From positions 1,550,001-1,614,000 of the forward strand of contig NW_027590120.1 of the NCBI RefSeq assembly GCF_964213995.1: DNA of 64,000 bases. Direction: 5' to 3'. A program made the position numbers and the translations under genes. Below are positions 11,622 to 23,533 of this stretch, piece after piece (the stretch's first letter is position 1; every line of letters begins with the position of its first letter). The notes below the pieces were generated by a model. The model ran no database searches and was not told the DNA's origin. It worked only from the letters and a program-made list of their open reading frames with translations. This stretch comes from Mustelus asterias. Lineage: Eukaryota.

Positions 11622-14600
11622 TGGCACAGACAGGCGATTCTGTGGGTGCGAACGGGACTCCAGGATGGTAGTCTGCCTACCTGGTGCTGGGGTCATGGAT
11701 GTCTCCGAGCGGATAGGAGGCATATTAAAAGGGGAAGATAAAGAAACGGATGTCATTGTACAACATTGGTGCAAATGACGTAGATAGGAAGAGCAGGGGG
11801 ATCCGACGAGAGCAATTCAGGGAGTTGGGAAATAGGCTAAAAAGTACGGCCTCCAGGGTGGCCATCTCTGGGCTGCTCCCAATGCCTCGTGCCAGTGAGG
11901 CTAAGAATAGGGAGTTAGTACAATTGAACGCTTGGCTAAAGGACTGGTCCAGGAGGGAGGGCCTCATTTTCCTAGATCAATAGGAAGTTTTCAGGAGAGG
12001 ATGGCACCTGTACAAGTAGGACGGGTCACAACTAAGTTGGAAGGGCACGAATATCCTGGCTGGGAGTTTTGCTAGTGCAGTTCGGGGGCGTTTAAACTAG
12101 AATGGCAGGGGGGTGGGGATCAAAATATTAGGTCTACAAGTGTAGAGGCTGGGAACGAGCTTGGGGCTGGGACAAGGCTGGCAAAGAAGAAGAGCACTCT
12201 GGGGGAGGATGATCTCACTGGGCCTGGAGGTCTGGAGTGCTTATACTTCAATGCAGGGCGCGTAGCAGGTAAGACAGACGAACTTAAGGCCTTAATGCTC
12301 ACGAGGAATTTGGATGTGGTTGCGGTGACAGAGACTTGGTTGAAAGAGGGACAGGACTGGCAGCTGAATATTTCGGGGTACAAGTGTTTTAGGCGAGACA
12401 GAGGAGGGGCCAAAAGAGGTGGGGGAGTAGCAGTATTAGTTGGAGAGCATATTACAGCGGTGCAGAGGGAGAACAATTCAGAGGGGTCGTGTAACGAATC
12501 ACTCTGGGTGGAGCTTAGAAACAGGAAGGGCGCAGTCACTATGTTGGGGGTGTACTACAGGCCCCCCAACAGCCCAAGGGAAGTGGAAGTACGGATATGT
12601 CAGGAGATACTGGATAGGTGCAGGAAAAATAGGGTTGTTGTAGTGGGAGACTCCAATTTCCCTGGTGTAGACTGGAAATCGCTGAGAGCAGGGACTCTGA
12701 ATGGGGAGGAATTTGTAAAATGCGTACAGGAGGGTTCTTTGGAACAATATGTAGATAGCCCGACTAGAGAGGGGGCTATACTGGACCTCGTACTGGGGAA
12801 TGAGCCCGGTCAGGTCTTCAAAGTTTCGGTAGAGGAACATGTGGCAAATAGTGACCACAATTCTGTTAGCTTTAGGATAGTGATGGAAAAGGATGAGTGG
12901 TGTCCCAAGGCTAAGGTGTTGGATTGGGGGAAGGCTAACTTTAGTGGGATTAGGCAGAAATTGGCAGCTCTTGATTGGGAGAGGCTGTTTGAGGGTAAAT
13001 CCACATCTGGCATGTGGGAGTCTTTTAAGGAACAGTTGTTAGGGCTACAGGACAGGCATGTGCCTGTAAAAAAGAAGGATAGAAAGGGTAGGATTCGAGA
13101 ACCGTGGATAACCAGGGAAATTGAGGGACTGGTCAAAAAGAAAAGAGAGGCGTATGTTAGGTCCAGGCAGCTAAAAACGGAGGGAGCTCTGGAGGAGTAC
13201 AAAGAAAGTAGGAAAGAACTCAAACGGGGAATTAGAAGAGCAAAAAGGGGTCACGAAATGTTCTTGGCAGACAGGATTAAGGAGAATCCCAAGGCATTTT
13301 ATTCATACGTTAGGAACAAAAGGGTTGTCAGGGAAAAAATCGGACCTCTCAGGGACAAAAGTGGGGAATTATGCTTGGAGCCCAAAGAAGTAGGGGAGAT
13401 CCTAAATGAATACTTTGCGTCGGTATTCACAAAGGAGAGGGATGTGTTGACTGGGAGTGTCTCGGAGGGGAGTGTTGAACCGTTGGAGAAAATCTCCATT
13501 ACAAAGGAGGAAGTGTTAGGTTTGTTAGAGAATATAAAGACAGACAAATCCCAAGGGCCTGATGGAATCTATCCAAGGCTGCTCAGGGAGACGAGAGATG
13601 AAATCGCTGGGCCTCTGACACAAATCTTTGTCTCGTCACTCGACGCAGGTGAGGTCCCAGAAGATTGGAGGATAGCTAATGTGGTCCCGTTATTTAAGAA
13701 GGGTAGGAAGGATAGCCCAGGTAATTATAGGCCGGTGAGCTTGACGTCCGTGGTGGGGAGGTTGTTGGAGAAGATTCTTAGAGATAGGATGTATGCGCAT
13801 TTAGAAAGGAATAAACTCATTAACGATAGTCAGCATGGTTTTGTGAGAGGGAGGTCATGCCTCACTAACATGGTGGAGTTTTTTGAAGAAATGACCAGAA
13901 TGGTTGACGAGGGAAGGGCCGTGGATGTCGTCTATATGGACTTTAGTAAAGCGTTTGACAAAGTCCCTCATGGTAGGCTGGTGAAAAAGGTTAGATCTCA
14001 TGGGATAAAGGGGGAGGTGGCTAGATGGGTGGAGAACTGGCTTGGTCACAGAAGACAGAGGGTGGTAGTGGAAGGGTCTTTTTCCGGCTGGAGGCCCGTG
14101 ACTAGTGGTGTTCCGCAGGGCTCTGTATTGGGACCTCTGCTGTTTGTAATTTATATAAATGATCTGGAAGAAGGTGTAACTGGGGTGATCAGTAAGTTTG
14201 CGGACGACACAAAATTGGCAGGACTTGCAGATAGTGAGGAGCATTGTCAGAAGCTACAGAAGGATATAGATAGGCTGGAAATTTGGGCAAAGAATTGGCA
14301 GATGGAGTTCAATCCTGATAAATGCGAAGTGATGCATTTTGGTAGAAATAATGTTGGGAGGAGCTATACGATAAATGGCAGAACCCATAAAGGGTGTCGA
14401 TACGCAGAGGGACCTGGGTGTGCAAATCCACAGATCCTTGAAGGTGACGTCACAGGTGGAGAAGGTGGTGAAGAAGGCATATGGCATGCTTGCCTTTATA
14501 GGACGGGGCATAGAGTATAAAAGTTGGGGTCTGATGTTGCAGATGTATAGAACGTTGGTTCGGCCACATTTGGAACACTGCGTCCAGTTCTGGTCGCCAC

Positions 14601-15104
14601 ACTACCAGAAGGACGTGGAGGCTTTGGAGAGAGTACAGAGGAGGTTTACCAGGATGTTGCCTGGTATGGAGGGGCTTAGTTATGAGGAGAGATTGGGTAA
14701 ACTGGGGTTGTTCTCCCTGGAAAGACGGAGGATGAGGGGAGACTTAATAGAGGTATATAAAATTATGAAAGGCATAGATAGGGTGAACGGTGGGAAGCTT
14801 TTCCCCAGGTCGGTGGTGACGTTCACGAGGGGTCATAGGTTCAAGGTGAAGGGGGGGAGGTTTAACACAGATATCAGAAGGACATATTTTACACAGAGGG
14901 TGGTGGGGGCCTGGAATGCGCTGCCAGGCAAGGTGGTGGAGGCCGACACACTGGGAACGTTTAAGACTTATCTCGACAGCCATATGAACGGAGTGGGAAT
15001 GGAGGGATACAAAAGAATGGTCTCGTTTGGACCAGGGAGCGGCACGGGCTTGGAGGGCCGAAGGGCCTGTTCCTGTGCTGTATTGTTCTTTGTTATTTGT
15101 TCTT
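11622..15104 (+). mobile_element. Young CR1 LINE: ORF1 esterase C-half plus nearly intact ORF2 (APE endonuclease and RT)
   Basis: GTDRRFCG/VCLPGA/HIGAND-type ORF1 ends at ~12100. ORF 12295..14520 ([40 protein letters not shown]) joins ORF 14375..15178 through one frameshift near 14385. (tgttctt)n tail at ~15083-15104. Confidence 0.93.
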
Positions 15105-15840
15105 TAAGTGCATTCACCCTATCCATGCTTCTCATGACCTTACACACCTCTATAAGATCACGCCACGCTACAGAGTAAAAGGTCCTAGCCTGTCCAATCT
15201 CTCCCTGCAACTCAGTCTCTTGATTCCTGCCAACATCCTTGTGAATCTCTTCTGCACCCTTTCCAGTTTAATATCATATTTGCTACAGCAAGGCGACGAA
15301 AACTGAGCACCATACGCCAGGTGCGGCCTCAGTAACGTCCGTAAAACTGCAACATGACATTCCAACGTCTATACTCAGTGCCCTGACTGATGAAGGCCAG
15401 CATGGCAAATGCCTTCTTCACTGTCCCATGTACCTGTGACTCCACTTTTTGAGAACCGTGCACTTGAACTCCAAGCTCCCTCTATTTCACGATACTCCCT
15501 AAGTTACTACAATTCATCGTGAAAATCCAACCTTGATTTGACTTTGCAAAATGCTACACCTCACACTTATCATAGAAAGAAAGAAGAAATCACTTATCTG
15601 TATGAACTATTTGCCATTTCTCGGCCCACTTCCCCAGCTGATCAAGAACCTGTTGCAATGTTTGATAATCTTCCACGCTGTCTACAATACCACCGATTTT
15701 AGTGTCATCTGCAAACTTACTGCTCATGCCTTGTACAATCTCATCCAAATCGTTGATTTAGATAACAAACAGCAATGGGCCCAGCACTGACCCCTGAAGC
15801 ACACCACCAGTCACAGGCCTCCAGTTCGACAAGCTTCCGA
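15105..15840 (-). mobile_element. Older CR1 LINE RT/3' fragment
   Basis: Minus frames read RPHLAYGAQFSSP, LERVQKRFTRML and [14 protein letters not shown]. Confidence 0.75.
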
Positions 15841-16231
15841 CCACCATTCGCTTGCTCGTTTCCTCTCTCTCTCTCTTAGTCTCTCCATCCCCATCTTTCT
15901 GATGAGATCTCCACCTCAGCCTCTCTCTTTCTACTCCCTGTATCAATATTTGCGTCCACGGACCTGCATTTAATTCTCACTGCCTTTAGCTCCCTTTTGA
16001 TCTCTGTCATTCTCTCTCCTTCCATTTACTTCTACTTTTCTTCCTCCCTCCATATTGTGTTCAGAAGCTCATTCATTAGAAAATTGTCTTTCACGCGGGC
16101 TAATGCTTTCTTTCCAATTACAATTACACAGACGGAAACAGTCGTTATGTGATTCTGCTGCTGCCAGTGTAAAAGGTTCAGAGTTCACAAACTGATCTCT
16201 TATAACACGGGATATATTACAATCCAGTGAT

Positions 16232-16270
16232 AGTTTCTGTACGGGGCCTGTATCAGTTTGAATCACTGTG
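16232..16270 (-). other. 23-spacer recombination signal sequence
   Basis: CACAGTG, 23 bp, ACAGAAACT on the - strand, directly after the V exon. Confidence 0.9.
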
Positions 16271-16578
16271 AATGTTCAGCGCACTATAATGCATCCCACT
16301 GTCACTCAGCTGTACATCTGTCAGTGTTAAACTGAAGAAACGATCCAACATTCGGAGTGCTGAAGAGATACGTTCTCCCACACGCTCCGCTTTCTCTGCT
16401 TCTCCCTCCGAATTCCTTTTGATTAAAAATGCCGGCTTCTCCCCCGGATTTTGTCGTTACCAGACCAGATCATAGCGGCGGCCGCCTGTGGAGTATGAAC
16501 AGGGCAACACCATGCGTTCTCCGTCCAAACATGATACTGACGGTGCAGTTTGCTTAACAGTATTAGAATAACACAATC
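16271..16578 (-). pseudogene. TCR V alpha/delta-type segment pseudogene
   Basis: Manual translation: (G)LCYSNTVKQTAPSVSCLDGERMVLPCSYSTGGRRYDLVW*RQNPGEKPAFLIKRNSEGEAEKAERVGERISSALRMLDRFFSLTLTDVQLSDSGMHYSALNI. Stop in the WYRQ motif, second Cys lost, followed by a 23-RSS. Not in the ORF track. Confidence 0.88.
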
Positions 16579-17774
16579 CTTCAAATAATCAATAAACAGA
16601 GAATGAACGTATGCTTTGATATTGGGACCATCAGTAAACATTCATTCACCTCCCTCATCATAAGATCTTTGAATGATTCAGCAAAGACCGCATATCGGGC
16701 ATGTGTTGACAGATGACAGATTTATCATTTCATCGAATCCGCTGCTCTTTCTGCATAGCCCAGAATATGTTTTCCTTCAAATATTCATCCAGTTTCCTCT
16801 AAACAGTTACCAAGAAATCTGCTTGGACCAGCATTTCAAGCATGATTAACCCTTTGTAAGAACAACATGCTTCCTTTAATTCATTTTCTAATTACCTGAG
16901 AACAGCCCGAGCTGGTGACCGAACTTTCTATCGCTTGAACAAATGTAAATTACTCGATCAAAACACTTTCTGAATATCGGTATGATCACAGAAGTCATTC
17001 TAACAAAATCTCCCCTCCCCCTGCCCAGGGCCTTGCCATCATTCGGGACGTGGTACCCGCAAATCAACACAAAACTTCAACACAAATCTGATTATCAATA
17101 TTTAAATATTTGAGTTAGTTTCCTTGAACATGTCCATTATTTCTATTAAGAGAAGGACGAATGGGAAATATGTCTTCAAACTTTGCAAATTGCTCTGACA
17201 TTTTCATAGTTTTGAATACATACAGCCTAATGTTTCTTTCTCTTCAATGCCCCCTTTTGAACTACAATAATCTGTTCTAAACCGCTCTGATGAACGTGAA
17301 TGTTCAATCAAAACGTGCATCCGTCCACCCTCTATTATTCCCTTGAACGCCAACCTGTCTACTTCCTTTTTTAACGTCCAATCCTACATCAATATTATTT
17401 TGCAGATCTGCATTCCAATGCGAGCTAAACGACTCACGAGCTTCAGAAAAAGAATCAGAAAGCTCTGAAATCCTGTGACAGTTTTCTTCCGGGGGAGTTG
17501 GATTCCCAAGGGTTTTCAATTTTTCTAAAAGGCGATCTATAATCGAAGTAGGGAATTCACTGACGATTCGGCTGATTGAAGGGTAATATGTCTGTGCAGA
17601 GCTTGTCGATGTGATCCTATCCGCCGCTATTTTACTCTCGGTAATACGGAGTGCAGACTGAGTATGTTGCTCTGAATCAAACAGAAATAAAATGATCTGA
17701 ATGGCCCGCCCGTGCAGCTGCCCTTCCACTCGAGATAATGGAGGTGGTTCTGAAGTTGCGCACTGAGATTCCAA

Positions 17775-18225
17775 CTTAAAGGATGACCCTTCCAGGACAG
17801 AATAGCCCGTTTGATTGTGACCCATTGCAAAAACATGCATTTCTTCCACCACCGACGAACAGTGGCAGCAGTGTGGACGATATACAAAATGCACTGCAGG
17901 AACTCACAATGGCTCCTCAGCCAACACTTTCCAAACCCAACAATATTACCATCTCGAAGGGCACGGGGAGCAAACTTGTCGAAACACCACGACCTGGAGG
18001 TTTCCCTTCCAAGCCATACATTATTTCAAACATATCGCCATTCCTTCACTGTCGCTGGGTCAAAATCGTAGAACTTCCACTCTAACAGCACCGTGAGAAT
18101 ACCTATGCCACAGGGACTGCAACAATTCAAGAAAGCAACTCACCACCACATTCTCAACGGTGATTTAAGGATGGTTAATGACTGCTGGCCGAATCAGCGA
18201 AGCGTACGTCCCTTGAATTAATAAC
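17775..18225 (+). mobile_element. Degenerate LINE 3' end (L2/CR1 group; tail shared with SacSINE1-like SINEs)
   Basis: ccttcactgtcgctgggtcaaaatc...ctgcaacaattcaagaaagcaactcaccaccac...ggatggttaatgactgctggcc. The tail resembles the SINE ends at ~37500-37550 and ~48270-48320. Confidence 0.6.
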
Positions 18226-18359
18226 AAAATAATCAACCTGAGGCCAAATAAAGCAGGGGATCCAGACACTGTGTGTCGCTTAATGGCATTCTGTGGTCGG
18301 GGACTGCGAGGCAGCAGTAGCTGTCGTGATCTTCGATGAAACGTTCACATCTCAGTGTC

Positions 18360-18965
18360 GCCATTAAATTCTTGAGCATTGTTTTAAAAGATGGGCGTGG
18401 CCTAATTTACCGATGTTCGGGTCTGAAGTATTCAGTGCTGCTTTAAGATCCAGTGTCCAAGAGCAGTCCCGATCAGCAGCCTCCAGTTCCCCGTCATGTA
18501 AACCATCAGCTCCAGGCAGCAGAGAGATGGGAATCCTTGTTTTCACACTGTGTCTGTTTACACCGTGAGTACCGATAAAACTAACCCATACTGTGTGGAT
18601 TGAATATAAGGCTGGGTTTTGGCTGCGGGAGAGTTTCGACTGGAGCTTCACAGCTGAGTTTGCCCATTTAAATTCTTGAGTTTTATTTTTACGGTGGGCG
18701 TGGCCTATTATACAAATGAAAAGACCTAAAATATTTTAGGATAGCACCGAGATCCAGTCTCTCAGAGCAGTCCAGCTCTGCATTCTCCACCAACCACCCC
18801 TCCCCCCCCCCCCCCCCACCCCCCCACCCTCTCACTCCACCTGTCATATAATAAATAATCTCCAGACAGGAGCGATGGGAATCCTCCTTGTTTTCAGCCT
18901 GTGAGCCTGTTTACCACGTGAGTACCGATCACACTAACACACATTTTGTGGATTGAATATAAAGC
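18360..18965 (+). promoter_or_regulatory. Tandemly duplicated V promoter + leader unit (two copies ~300-350 bp apart)
   Basis: ccatt(t)aaattcttgag...gggcgtggccta...gatccagt...ATGGGAATCCT...gtgagtaccgat...tgtggattgaatataa occurs at ~18361-18610 and ~18664-18962. Leader exons are 18527-18564 (38 nt) and 18875-18917 (43 nt). Confidence 0.75.
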
Positions 18966-19341
18966 TACCCCAGTCCATCTCAATTACAGACACTGTCTGG
19001 TGTTTTACCCCGTTGAGTGATTCGGCTTTGATCGTCCATTAAACTTTGTGTTTAACTTCCAGGATCTTTCAGTCAGTCAGTGACACAGAGCCCGGCAGCG
19101 GTGACCAGGAAGGAGTGTCAGTCCCTCACCATCACCTTTGTTTTACATGGAGTTTATGATTCAGAAAATGGCCATTGTTTCAGACAAACCCAAACCGGGA
19201 CAGCTCACCAGCGGAGGGCGATTTGTTGTGTCGGTGAATAAAGCAAGAAGGACATTTTCGCTGGGAATTCATAATGTGAGAGTAGAAGACACCGCCACCT
19301 ATTACTGTAAAGCGCAGCGCTGGAGGGCACAGATGGGGCAC
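18875..19341 (+). pseudogene. NAR-TCR variable segment (VNAR-like), pseudogene; leader 18875-18917 + V exon 19063-19341
   Basis: Leader MGILLVFSL*ACLP|gtgagt (phase 1, TGA at 18902). V exon after ttccag: SFSQSVTQSPAAVTRKECQSLTITFVLHGVYDSENGHCFRQTQTG / frameshift ~19200 / QLTSGGRFVVSVNKARRTFSLGIHNVRVEDTATYYCKAQRWRAQMGH. VNAR hallmarks: short domain lacking the CDR2 region, GGR.V.SVNK, YYCKA; extra FR1 Cys (KEC). Confidence 0.85.
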
Positions 19342-19369
19342 CACAGTTCAAGAGAGAACGATAAATACC
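19342..19369 (+). other. 12-spacer RSS after NAR-TCR V
   Basis: CACAGTT, caagagagaacg (12 bp), ATAAATACC (7/9 match to ACAAAAACC). The 23-bp register gives only aggacaatc. Confidence 0.7.
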
Positions 19370-19689
19370 TCAGGACAATCAAAGCATCTATTCCTAGCAA
19401 TTCCCTGGTTCGGCAACTGGACTTGTCGGACAGATGTTATTACCACTACAATCTGGTTTAACATCGTTCTAATGTCCTCCTTTCTGTTATCATTCTTTAA
19501 TGTTTTTTCTCCATTTATAAGAATCTTCTATCTCTGCTCCTGTTCCTGGGAGCTCGGAGAGTCATATCGAACAGGTTGATCCAATGTTTTTTTTTAAACA
19601 ATCAAGATCCATTATTGATCTAAATCCCTGGATTAATTGAGAAAAGCCGACGGTCCAGTAATGGGTACTCGACAGTTTGAGGTGTCAGT

Positions 19690-19781
19690 CATTCTTGTGC
19701 TGTGCTGACTGAGAGCAGTGTCACGGTGGAGAGAATGGAGATTTGCAGATGGGTCCGGGACGGTGGTGACTGTCACAGCCG
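19690..19781 (+). other. NAR-type J segment (19729-19781) with 5' 23-spacer RSS (19690-19728)
   Basis: cattcttgt, 23 bp, cacggtg, then REWRFADGSGTVVTVTA-G|gtgagt. The DGxGT motif is IgNAR-J-like rather than FGxG; phase 1 splice donor. Confidence 0.88.
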
Positions 19782-20049
19782 GTGAGTGAGTCCAAATCCT
19801 CCCGTGTTACAGAATGTTTAGGTTAGTGTTCAACGTCAGATAAGATTCATTTTATCACTTCAATTCTCTGCTACAAAAACAGGGTGGTTTCGAGGGGAAG
19901 AATTTCAATTACAGATTTAGACTTGGGTGCACATTCAGAAACCAAAGTCGGTTCTGGATGTAAGACCGCGGTGAAGCAGTTTGAGACCCCGAAGGACAGG
20001 TAGCCTACGGGCAAGGAGTTTCAACTGACCCCATCTGCATCATCTGCGT

Positions 20050-20270
20050 CTTCCCTTCTGCTGTCAGACTTTTGAATGGACTTAACTTTGCATTAAGTTG
20101 ATCTTTCTCCACATCCTAGCTATGACTGTAACACTACATTCTGCACTCTCTCGTTTCTTTCTCTATGAACGGTATGTTTTTTTCTTGAAAGCGCGCAAGA
20201 AACAGTACTTTTCACTGTATGTTAATACATCCGACAATAATAAATCAAATCAAATCAAAAAATCAAAATC
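20050..20270 (+). mobile_element. Rex1/Babar-type 3' tail fragment
   Basis: Same tail as 9290-9490, ending acaataataaatcaaatcaaatc. Confidence 0.7.
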
Positions 20271-21174
20271 ATTGGTTTAAGGGAGATATCGGGTAATCCT
20301 CACAACATTCCACAGTCCCACTCTCCTAACTTGTTTCAATGAGTGCACATTGTGGACACTCCGAAACCTGCTTCTTGCTCTTCGCTGGAAGAGCGCAGAG
20401 TCGCCGAGCACAGGATGTTTCTCTGATCGAGGAAATATGAACGACATACCGGGAGAGGTAACCTTACATTGTATTGGCCGGTCCAGTACCTGCCGCGGCA
20501 TGAAAACTGGAACATGACACAAATATCTTCAAAGATCCTTTTACAGTTGTAATATTTCATTTTACCGTTGTAATATTTCATTCTTGGGCAAAAAATAACG
20601 AAAAGTAGTCATATTCTAACAGATTTTTATTGCCTCCCTGTAAATAATCATTCCTGTTTGAAAGAATTGTTAAGGTTTTGAATTACACTCTCTTCCACGT
20701 ATTGAACGCTAATAATTGAGAAATGGGTTTGCATTTTTTTTCGAATTCAAAACATTGCGCTCATTGAAAAATGAACAGTTCCTAAAAGACCAGATTGTGT
20801 CGAGGCTGTGGGCGCTCAGCCGTTCCACAGATGTTTTTTTGATTACTAATTGCATCAATGGATTTGAGAATAGGACGCAGAGTGATCGTTCAGGTAGATG
20901 GCGAGAACTAAACTTCCTATTTGTACATTGGTCCCCAAGGTAGATTTGTCTGAAGTGTTCCTATTTCTTATATCTTTTATTATCAGCTTTAATTTCTTAT
21001 ACTCCCGAGAAAATAAGTGATCAGCAATGTGTATTGATATAGAAAGCTTGGAAAATGTTTGCCGTTTGTCTCTCGAGCCCGGGTCGGACATGAAGAAACA
21101 ACAGAGAAATATGATATAATTTCAAGGAGGTACATGTGCAGAAACTGATTCTTCGGTGGGAGAGTTTTTTTTAT

Positions 21175-21480
21175 TCAGTCGCGTGACATGGACCTCGCTG
21201 GCTGGCCAGCATTTATTGTGCATCCCACGTCACCCTTGTAATTTGAGACGACAGTTGAGCGTCATCCACATTGCTGTGGATCTGGAATCACAAATAGGCC
21301 AGACCAGGTAAGGAAGACAGATTTCTTGCCTCAAGGACATTGGTGAACCAGATGGGTTTTTCCAACAATCTATAATGGTTTCATGGTCAGCAGTACATTC
21401 CTAATTCCAGATTCGTTTTATATTTGAACTCGAATTCCACCATCTGCCGAGGCAGTATTCGGACCTAGTCCCTAGAGCAA
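21175..21480 (-). mobile_element. SacSINE1-like (Deu-type) SINE
   Basis: Reverse complement of the elements at 37205-37550 and 47975-48330 (ccagaccaggtaagg...agatttc, ttccaccatctgccg). Confidence 0.65.
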
Positions 21481-21507
21481 GGAGACATTTACAGATGAAA
21501 TTGCTAT

Positions 21508-22130
21508 CATAGAGTCATCGAGGTTTACAGCATGGAAACAGGGCATTCAGCCCAACTTGTCCAAGCTGCCCTTATTTTTTTAAACCCCTAAGCTAATCCC
21601 AATTGCCCGCATTTGGCCCATATCCCTCTATACCCATCGTACCCATGTAACTATCTAAATGCTTTTTAAAAGATAAAATTGTACCCGCCTCTACTACTAC
21701 CTCTGGCAGCTTGTTCCAGATACTCACCACCTTCTGTGTGAAAAAATTGTCCCTCTGGACACTTTTGCATCTCTCCCCTCTCACCTTAAACCTATGCCCT
21801 CTAGTTTTAGACTCCGCTACCTTTGGGAAAAGATATTGACTATCTACCTTGTCTATGCCCTTCATTATTTTATAGACCTCTATAAGGTCACCCCTCAGCC
21901 TCCTACGCTCCAGAGAAAAAAGTCCCAGTCTATTCAGCCTCTCCTTATAACTCAATCCATCAAGTCCCGGTAGCATCCTAATAGATCTTTTCTGTACTCT
22001 TTCTAGTTTAATAATATCCTTTCTATAATAGGGTGACCAGAATTGCACACAGTATTCCAAATGTGGCCTTACCAATGTCTTGTACAATTTTCACAAGACG
22101 TCCCAACTCCTGTATGCAATGTTCTGACCG
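21508..22130 (-). mobile_element. CR1 LINE 3' end
   Basis: ORF 21593..22087(-): YKTLVRPHLEYCVQFWSP...FFTQKVVSIWNKLP. Confidence 0.9.
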
Positions 22131-23284
22131 ATGAATGGTTTGAACCATTCGGATATATTTGCACGGAGACACATCAGAATGTGAAGGTAGCTGATTTGAG
22201 AAACGGCGCAATAAATTTATCGCATAGCTTGAAAAGTATGGGCAGGAGAGACGATTAAATAGACACACGGCTCAGGATGTTATTGGTTATTTCGTGTTCG
22301 AGATGGGAAGTGCCGTACAATAACAACTTTCGACCAGCTAGGCTGAGTGGCCTATTCATGGTAAGTTGCAAATGTTTAATGAAAATCTCAGAAACTGTTC
22401 CGCTTGGAAAGCATAGGAAGCAATCAACCAATGGGCTGAAGGATTTAGTACTCAGACACTCTGACGAAGCACTTCCCAGTGAGTAACAGTAAAACCACTG
22501 CGGAAACTGAGCAGGCTGAACCCAACCGACAATTGAGAGTCCTGAGGATACGTTCTAATGACAGTTTGAAACCGCCAAGAATAGAAAACAACTCGGAAAC
22601 AGAAATAAAGCTAAATCAACTTGATTTTTTTCTGATAAAAGTAAAACGATAGAATTGATGGAGGAAAACAGACAAGTAGTCCAAAGGCAGGCAGGAGTTA
22701 TCTTGTCGGATTGAACTGCGGAAAATGTTGAATTTTGACCCACAGGTATCCATTGCAATTTGGCTTAACGGTTGCGGACGAATATCTGTAGCATGTGCTG
22801 AACTTTAAGATGTGCAGGGATATAAAACTGATGATTGTCCTTCAGGCAATCAAATCTGGACAGTAATTAATTGAGGAGGAAAATGAACATTTATGATTTT
22901 TAAAAAAGAATTCTGGTCCATACTTCACCAATATATTTAGAAGCAAATATTGAATAAAAGATGGAATCACATAGCTCAGAAGGGCATATTTCTGCCAATA
23001 ATGACAATTATTTGAAGGTGCTGTCAATGTTACATATTCACCCTATTGTATTTGACTTGGCACTGGAACCTTGTCCTGTTCCAGAGGATTATTCCTCTCA
23101 ATATCCGTTTGAAAGTTAATATTGTACCTGCTCCCAGTACCATCACTTCCACAGTGCTTTTCAATTCGTTGTGAAAAAAATGTTTGGAGATTTGTTCGGC
23201 TTGTTTATTTGCAATAGTCGCTAAATTTCGAATCAACTTTGATTAAGCAAATTACCGCAAAATACAAGCGCATTCACACGATTC

Positions 23285-23494
23285 ACTGCAACGTTATAAC
23301 AATGTTTGGGTCAATGCACCTAACCAGCACATCTCTCAGTCTGTGGGAGGAAACTGGAGCACTCGCAGGAAACCAAGGCAGACAGAGGGAGAGTGTGCAA
23401 ACTCCAGACACACTGTGACCCAAGCCGGAAATTGAACCCAGGTCCCAGGTGCTGTGAGGCAGCAGTGCTAACCACTGTGTCACCGTTAAGTGAA
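23285..23494 (-). repeat. HE1-type SINE segment; inverted duplicate of 27373-27582
   Basis: 210 bp reverse complement of 27373-27582 including non-SINE flanks; I saw only one mismatch. Confidence 0.9.
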
Positions 23495-23533
23495 GAGTGG
23501 CTAAGCAAATAATTATTTTATTCTATCCTGCAG

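Noticed and set aside
16888-16960. Candidate leader exon (ctcag|gtaatt on -) for the 16.3-kb V
   Set aside because: A donor-like site is present, but there is no nearby in-frame ATG or hydrophobic signal peptide.
17304-17894. 196-aa minus-strand ORF
   Set aside because: It starts in antisense LINE sequence, and I recognise no domain or splice context.
20277-20522. Minus-strand ORF with IQCKVT...GDSALFQRRAR followed by CACAATG, suggesting an internally deleted V relic
   Set aside because: No WYRQ or YYC motif, too short, and no acceptable nonamer at 12 or 23 bp. A profile search would be needed to support it.
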